Below, one piece after another: positions 58,223 to 64,000 of a stretch of 64,000 nucleotides of DNA. Source of the stretch: Candidatus Latescibacterota bacterium (GTDB lineage: Bacteria > Latescibacterota > UBA2968 > GCA-2709665); the NCBI GenBank assembly GCA_965237675.1, contig OZ250150.1, positions 288,001 through 352,000 on the forward strand, in the 5' to 3' direction. The translations under genes and the position numbers were made by a program. Below the pieces are notes generated by a model. The model saw only the letters and a program-made list of their open reading frames with translations, ran no database searches and was not told where the DNA came from. The first letter of the stretch is position 1, and each line of letters begins with the position of its first letter.

Positions 58223-61200
58223 TCAACCTCCGGAAGTATCCGATCCGCTTCCACCCTGCGATGACGCGTCACGTTCGATGTGCCGCGTCAGGATCACGAA
58301 ATCCGCCCAGTTGATGATGCCGTCGCCGTTCATATCCATCCGGCGGTCATACCCTGACTCCGACCTGCGCATCCCCATCTTGGCTTTGAATAACTTGGAA
58401 TCCGCCTCATCCGCCCTGCCGTCGCCGTTGAAGTCGCCCGATGAGATGATGATAAAGAATAAGATGGACTCGCTACGGCCGTGCTCGCCCGTCACGGTCA
58501 ACGTCACGTCGAAATCGCCGGACTCCGTCGGCGTGCCTTCAATCACGCCCGAATCAGACACGTCCAATCCGGATGGCTGACCCGACAGCGAATAGTCATA
58601 GGGCGTCACCCCGCCGGAGACGTCCACCGGACCTTCCGAGAACGACGCGTAGAGTTCACCGTACATATCGTTGATCGGCCCGATGATGATGGCCTCGGCC
58701 ACCCGTATCCAGAACGATCTGGAGGACGTCGTACCGTTGGCGTCGGTAACGGACGCGGTGATCTGCCAACTGCCTATCGCTGCCGGCGTCCCACTGATCT
58801 GCCCGCTCGACGATACAGATAGACCCGCTGAACTTGCATTGGCCGAAAGACCGTAGGTGTAGGGTGCGCAACCGCCGGAGACACTGACCTGAATCGAGGA
58901 AATGGCCTCGAGTCTGGATGCGACCACGTCCGAGATGGACGCGACGGACAGCGGCGGGCAGGCAGCGACTTTCATGGGGAATGTATCCTCGCCCGCACAT
59001 CCCTTGCCGTCCGTCGCCGTCACCGTCACGGTGAAGGCACCGCTTTCGGTGGGCGCGCCGGTGATCTGCCCGCTGGATGCATTAATGCCAATCCCGGTCG
59101 GATTTTCATTGATCGTATACGATATCGTCCCGCATCCACCGGACGACGACGCCTGGATCGCGTTGATAGCCTGACCTACAGTTGCCTTCACGGTCGAAGA
59201 AGGCAGGCCTCCCACGGTGATTGTCGGACATCCCACGGTCATCCTGAATGAACCGCTGCCCGTGCTGTCTTCGGCAGACCTTGCTGTCACCTTCACGTTT
59301 TTGAAGTCGCCGGTCTGTGCGGGCGTGCCGCTGATGACCCCGGTCGACTCGTTGATCGTGACACCCGTCGGCGCGTCCATTATGGTAAACCTATACGGCG
59401 ACGTACATCCGGTGGCCGTCGCCGTGAAGGCTTCGATGGCCTCGCACACCGTCGACGTCACGTCCGACAACCCGCCAACGGTAACAGTACAACCACCCGG
59501 AACTACCTTGATGATGAATCCTGGCGTCGTTGCAGCATTGCCCGGGAGGTCCGAGTCGGTCGCCGTCACCGTGACGTGGTAGTCGTCTGGAATGTCCCTG
59601 ACGTCACCGCTGATGACCCCCGTGTCTTCGTCGATCACTACGGTCCCCGGCGGGTTGCCCGCAATCGAATATTTAATCGATCCGCATCCCCCGGACGCAT
59701 TCGCCGTAATCGAGATGTTGGTATCCACGGGCACCTCTACGTCATCGATCTCTTCGATCTCAACCGGCTCGCACACGGTGATCGTGAATTCTGGTGTCGT
59801 TGCGGTATTGTTCGGATCGTCCTCGTCGAACGCCGTAATTGTGACGTCGTCGTGTTCGCCTGCGGCCGTGGGGGTTCCGCTGATGACCCCGGTCTCAGAA
59901 TCGAACGTTACCCCTGCCGGCAGCGTGCCCGTCATCGAATAGTCAATGCCCCCCCCACAGCCCCCACCCACAATCGGCGTGATCGAAATGGAGCCACCTA
60001 CCTTTACCTTTACGCTTGCGATATCGTCGATTTCAATCTGATCGCAATCTGGCGGATCCTCAACCGTGATCTTGAAGATTTCGTTGTCGTTATTTCCGTA
60101 CCTGTCCTGTGCCATTATTGTCACATTGTGCATACCGGGCGCGGTCGGCGCGTTACAACTGATGACACCCGTCTGGCTATCGATGGAAACCCAATCCGGC
60201 TCTTCAGGCTTCGAAAATGTCTTCGTGCCACATCCCCCTGAGACGCTCGCTTTGCGCGTGAAGGACGAGCCTGTTGTTACCGTGGTGTCGCTGATCGATG
60301 CGATTCTGACATTCGGACAATCGACTATGATATCGAACTGCTTCGTGGCGGTAGTCCCTCGGTTGTCCGTCGCCGTCACCGTCACCGTGTGCGTGCCCGG
60401 CGAAGGGATGCCGTCACTGCTGATCGTCTTCGTGCGGCCGGCGCCAGCAGTCAGCGGATCTACCCCCTCCGGCGCTCCCGACATCGTGATATTTATCGGA
60501 TCACATCCTCCCCTCGCTGTTGCCGTACGCGAGAAGGACTCACCCACGACGACGTCCACATCAGCAATCGAATCGAGGGTCAGCGTCGGACAATCTTCCG
60601 TTACTCTGATCTTGAATTTCGTCGTCGCGGTAGTCCCTTGCCCATCCGTCGCCGTCACCGTCACGTTGTGCGTGCCCGTCGACGGGATCCCATCACTGCT
60701 GCTGATCGTCCTCGTGCGGCCGGTGCCGGTCATCGTTACCTGCGACGGCGCTCCCGACATCGTGATTGTTATCGGACTACATCCTCCCCTCGCTGTCGCC
60801 GTGCGCGTGAAGGACTTACGCACCTTCACACTCACGTCCGAGATCGACGCGACGGACAGCGGCGAACAACTGACGGTGATCGTGAATACTCTTGTCGCGG
60901 TGTTGCCTCTGCCATCCGTCGCCGTCACCGTCACCGTGTGCGTGCCGGGCGAAGGGATGCCATTACTGCTGATGGTCTTCGTGCGGCCGGCGCCAGCAGT
61001 CAGCGGATCTACCCCCTCCGGCGCTCCCGACATCGTGATTGTTATCGGACTACATCCTCCCCTCGCTGTCGCCGTGCGCGTGAAGGATCCACCCACGTTT
61101 ACGTTCACGTCATCGATCGCGTCGATGGTGAGGGTCGGACAGGGCGTTTCCTTGGGTGTCGCCCTGGCGCTGTCGGATACGCCCACGCCGGCCTCGTTGT

Positions 61201-64000
61201 ATGCCCGCACGTCAAAGGTATACTCCCTCCCGTTTGTCAGTCCCGTCACGCGGTGACGCAACTTGGAGGCGCTGTCTTCGATGATATGATCGTCGCTCCA
61301 GTCCGGCAGGTTCACGTTGCTACGGCCATAGCGCACATGGTACCCGTCGATAGTGTCGTTGTTCGGGTCGTTCCACGTCAGTGTCACCGACCCGTTCCCC
61401 GCGCCTGCCCTCAGGTTGGCCGGCGGTGCGGGCGGCCCCGGTATCGTGATCAGGCTTGCCGCCGCGCCGTCGACGTTGCCGGCTTTCGCACGCACCTCGA
61501 ACGTATGCCTGCTGCCGTTGGTCAGGCCGCCAATCGTTCCGCTCGTCGCAGCGCCGCCGCCCTGCGTAAAGCCGGTCCACACGGTGAAACTCCCCCCGCC
61601 CACCCGATACCGGTATTGGTAACCTGTGACGGCGGCGTTTTGCGGGTCATCCCACGACAGCGTCACGGACCCGTCGCCTACCGACGCGGTCAGCGCCCCC
61701 GGCGGGGCAGGCTGCGTCACGCCGGCATAGGCGCCGTCAGCGTCTGCCGCCTTCGCCCGCACATGGAACGTATACGCCGTCCCGTCGGTCAGACCTGTCA
61801 CGGCGTGAGTGGTGGTGGCCGCGCCGCTCCCGCCGATGTCGCCCCACGCGGGCAGCGCCGCGCCGGCTTCGGCCCACCGCACCTGGTACCCGACGATGGC
61901 GGCGTCCTGCGGATTGGCCCACGACAGCGTGGCGGACGCGTCACCTGCCGACGCGCTCAGATTGCCCGGCGCGACAGGCTGCGTCACGCTGGCAGAGGCG
62001 CCGGCGACGTCACCCTTCTTCGCCCGCACCTGGAACGTATACGCCGTCCCGTCGGTAAGACCCGTCACAGGGTGGCTGGTCGTACTTGCAGTGCTTGTTA
62101 TGTTGTGACGATCGCTCCACGCCGGCAAGGCCGCGCCCCGATCGCTATAACGGACCTGATACCCGGTGATGGTGTCGTCGTCCGGATCCGTCCACGCCAG
62201 CAGCACCTGTCCGACACCGGCCGTCGCCGCGAGATTGGCGGGCGGGGGTAGAGGATCAGTTGACCCACCCGTGTCGACCTCGATCGTGACGTTTTCGGAC
62301 CAGTCGCCGAACCCTTCGTTACTCACGGCGCGTACCTTGAAGGTATACCGTACTATTCCCTCCCCGCCGTACACGACGTACTCCCATCGGGTGACGGCCG
62401 TTGGGGTGCCGATCGTCCCGGACCGCCCGGCGTACCAATAGGCGATCCTGTATGACCTGACCGATTCAACATGCACGACGGGCGGATCCCAGGTCAGTTC
62501 CACGTTGCCATCGTCCAGCGCCGCGCGGAGGTTGCGCGGCGCCCCCGGCAGCGGCAGCGGCAGCGGCACCGTTACACTGGCGGCATCGCCCGCACCGGTT
62601 CCGACGTGCGCCCGCACCTCGATCGTATACTCCCTCCCGTTGGCCAGATCGGGCACGGTGTGGCTTACCGTGTTCGAACTGCTCCCGGCTATAACCGTCC
62701 AGGGCGCTTGCTCCACGTCCGTATCACTGTAACGGATCTGATACCCGGTGATCGCGTCGTTTTGCGGATCGTCCCACGACAGCGTCACCTGTCCGTCACC
62801 CGGTGTCGCCTCCAGGTCGGCAGGCGCAGGTGGCGGCAGGGTCGCCATCGAAGGGGCCGACGCGCCGGACACGTCGTCCACCCGCGCGCGCACCTCGAAC
62901 GTATATTTCCTGCCGTTCGTCAGATCCTCCACGATATGGGTCGTCGTTGCCGCACTGCTTTCAATGTCATGATCACCGCTCCACTGGGGCAGCGACGCGG
63001 CGCCTGCCGCCCACCGCACCTGGTACTGGGTGATATACGGGTTTTGCGGATCGCGCCACGACAGCGTCACCTGCCCGTCACCCGGGGTTGCCGATAGCCC
63101 TTCCGGCGCCGGCAGCGGCAGCCTCGCCGTCACGCCGGACGATGCGCCGAACGCCGAACCCCTCCTGGCACGCACCTCGAACCTGTACTCCACCCCTTTC
63201 GCCACGGCACGCACCGTGTGTCTCGTCGTGTTCGCATTGCTTTCAACGTCATGATCACCGCTCCAAGCAGGCAGCGACGTACGGCTTTGTCCATAACGAA
63301 CCTGGTATCCCGTCAACGTGTCGTCACCGGGATCGGCCCACGTCAGCACCACCGTCCCGTCGCCTGCCATGGCCACAAGGCTGTCAGGCGCCGCAGGCGC
63401 CGGCCGCGGCGTCGCCGTCACCCTCGACGATCCGTAGTATCCCGCCGCGTTGCGCGGGCGCACCTCGAACGTATACTCGTTCCCGTTCGTCAGGCCCCCC
63501 ACCTCGTGGGTCGTCGTGGCCGCATCGCTTTCAATGTCATGATCACCGCTCCATGTTGGCAGTCTCGTACCGCTTTCCTCATAACGGACCTGGTATCCCG
63601 TCAACGTGTCGTCACGGGGATCATTCCACGTCAGCACCACCGTCCTGTCGCCTTCCCTGGCCGCCAGGCCTTCGGGCGCGGCCGGCGGCTCCGGCACGTA
63701 GGCCCGTGCCAACCTGGACCCCTGGCTCAGAACCTCGCCGTACATCGCCTTCACCCGATAGGCATACCTCCAGCCAAACCCGACGCTCTCGTCTTCATAC
63801 GTCGTTGCGGCACGGCCCGTCGTGGCGATGACGCGGAATTCTCTCGAGTAACCGCTCCTTACCACACGCCGCAGGACCTGGTATCCCGTAACCGATGCGG
63901 CGGGGGCGGCCCACGTCAGGACCACGTCGCCAGACGCCACCGTGGCCCTCAGGTTCGTCGGCGTCGCCGCCTCCGTCGTCACCGTCACGGCGGTCGCCTC
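58223..64000 (-). CDS. Giant surface protein: >=10 Fn3 + ~10 He_PIG/Ig-like repeats + dockerin-like tail (5' end beyond window)
   Basis: PAAP.GL.A..GDG.VTLSW..P..ITGYQVRY...YTFEVRA repeats; GVISGTP..G...VTVTATD repeats; GDFNGDG / DMNGDGIINWADF. Confidence 0.9.
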   Translation of the reverse strand, partial: EATAVTVTTEAATPTNLRATVASGDVVLTWAAPAASVTGYQVLRRVVRSGYSREFRVIATTGRAATTYEDESVGFGWRYAYRVKAMYGEVLSQGSRLARAYVPEPPAAPEGLAAREGDRTVVLTWNDPRDDTLTGYQVRYEESGTRLPTWSGDHDIESDAATTTHEVGGLTNGNEYTFEVRPRNAAGYYGSSRVTATPRPAPAAPDSLVAMAGDGTVVLTWADPGDDTLTGYQVRYGQSRTSLPAWSGDHDVESNANTTRHTVRAVAKGVEYRFEVRARRGSAFGASSGVTARLPLPAPEGLSATPGDGQVTLSWRDPQNPYITQYQVRWAAGAASLPQWSGDHDIESSAATTTHIVEDLTNGRKYTFEVRARVDDVSGASAPSMATLPPPAPADLEATPGDGQVTLSWDDPQNDAITGYQIRYSDTDVEQAPWTVIAGSSSNTVSHTVPDLANGREYTIEVRAHVGTGAGDAASVTVPLPLPLPGAPRNLRAALDDGNVELTWDPPVVHVESVRSYRIAYWYAGRSGTIGTPTAVTRWEYVVYGGEGIVRYTFKVRAVSNEGFGDWSENVTIEVDTGGSTDPLPPPANLAATAGVGQVLLAWTDPDDDTITGYQVRYSDRGAALPAWSDRHNITSTASTTSHPVTGLTDGTAYTFQVRAKKGDVAGASASVTQPVAPGNLSASAGDASATLSWANPQDAAIVGYQVRWAEAGAALPAWGDIGGSGAATTTHAVTGLTDGTAYTFHVRAKAADADGAYAGVTQPAPPGALTASVGDGSVTLSWDDPQNAAVTGYQYRYRVGGGSFTVWTGFTQGGGAATSGTIGGLTNGSRHTFEVRAKAGNVDGAAASLITIPGPPAPPANLRAGAGNGSVTLTWNDPNNDTIDGYHVRYGRSNVNLPDWSDDHIIEDSASKLRHRVTGLTNGREYTFDVRAYNEAGVGVSDSARATPKETPCPTLTIDAIDDVNVNVGGSFTRTATARGGCSPITITMSGAPEGVDPLTAGAGRTKTISSNGIPSPGTHTVTVTATDGRGNTATRVFTITVSCSPLSVASISDVSVKVRKSFTRTATARGGCSPITITMSGAPSQVTMTGTGRTRTISSSDGIPSTGTHNVTVTATDGQGTTATTKFKIRVTEDCPTLTLDSIADVDVVVGESFSRTATARGGCDPINITMSGAPEGVDPLTAGAGRTKTISSDGIPSPGTHTVTVTATDNRGTTATKQFDIIVDCPNVRIASISDTTVTTGSSFTRKASVSGGCGTKTFSKPEEPDWVSIDSQTGVISCNAPTAPGMHNVTIMAQDRYGNNDNEIFKITVEDPPDCDQIEIDDIASVKVKVGGSISITPIVGGGCGGGIDYSMTGTLPAGVTFDSETGVISGTPTAAGEHDDVTITAFDEDDPNNTATTPEFTITVCEPVEIEEIDDVEVPVDTNISITANASGGCGSIKYSIAGNPPGTVVIDEDTGVISGDVRDIPDDYHVTVTATDSDLPGNAATTPGFIIKVVPGGCTVTVGGLSDVTSTVCEAIEAFTATATGCTSPYRFTIMDAPTGVTINESTGVISGTPAQTGDFKNVKVTARSAEDSTGSGSFRMTVGCPTITVGGLPSSTVKATVGQAINAIQASSSGGCGTISYTINENPTGIGINASSGQITGAPTESGAFTVTVTATDGKGCAGEDTFPMKVAACPPLSVASISDVVASRLEAISSIQVSVSGGCAPYTYGLSANASSAGLSVSSSGQISGTPAAIGSWQITASVTDANGTTSSRSFWIRVAEAIIIGPINDMYGELYASFSEGPVDVSGGVTPYDYSLSGQPSGLDVSDSGVIEGTPTESGDFDVTLTVTGEHGRSESILFFIIISSGDFNGDGRADEADSKLFKAKMGMRRSESGYDRRMDMNGDGIINWADFVILTRHIERDASSQGGSGSDTSGG

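Noticed and set aside
43191-58440. Diversity-generating retroelement (TR/VR pairs among the duplicated 3' ends)
   Set aside because: No reverse transcriptase in the window, and differences between copies are not confined to adenines.

Overview
GC-rich bacterial window. The many secreted WD40/Fn3/Ig proteins with C-terminal dockerin-like EF-hand pairs resemble sponge-symbiont lineages (Latescibacterota/Gemmatimonadota/Poribacteria-like); this taxonomy is inference only. Left to right: an IS21 element and a SelA-family PLP enzyme; an attE/attFG/attH-type ABC locus split by ~12 kb of accessory DNA (RDD, YgiT finger, CehA/McbA hydrolase, two WD40 genes, an HTH-methylase-BsuBI/PstI endonuclease fusion, two pentapeptide proteins); a selenocysteine-encoding selD (in-frame TGA plus SECIS-like hairpin, missed by the ORF track); trmB; a MITE-disrupted nucleotidyltransferase gene; metabolic and transport genes; and, from ~42.8 kb, a tandem array of four secreted zincin-protease/WD40/dockerin-like genes downstream of a giant Fn3/Ig protein. 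The array is the strongest candidate for an undescribed system. It combines variable poly-G frameshift tracts (G8 in frame, G13 and G19 out of frame at an equivalent blade position), mosaic paralogs, 3' remnants of the giant gene ahead of three members, and spacers built from several nested REP-like palindromes. Together these suggest a contingency/diversification locus, though homopolymer sequencing error must be excluded.
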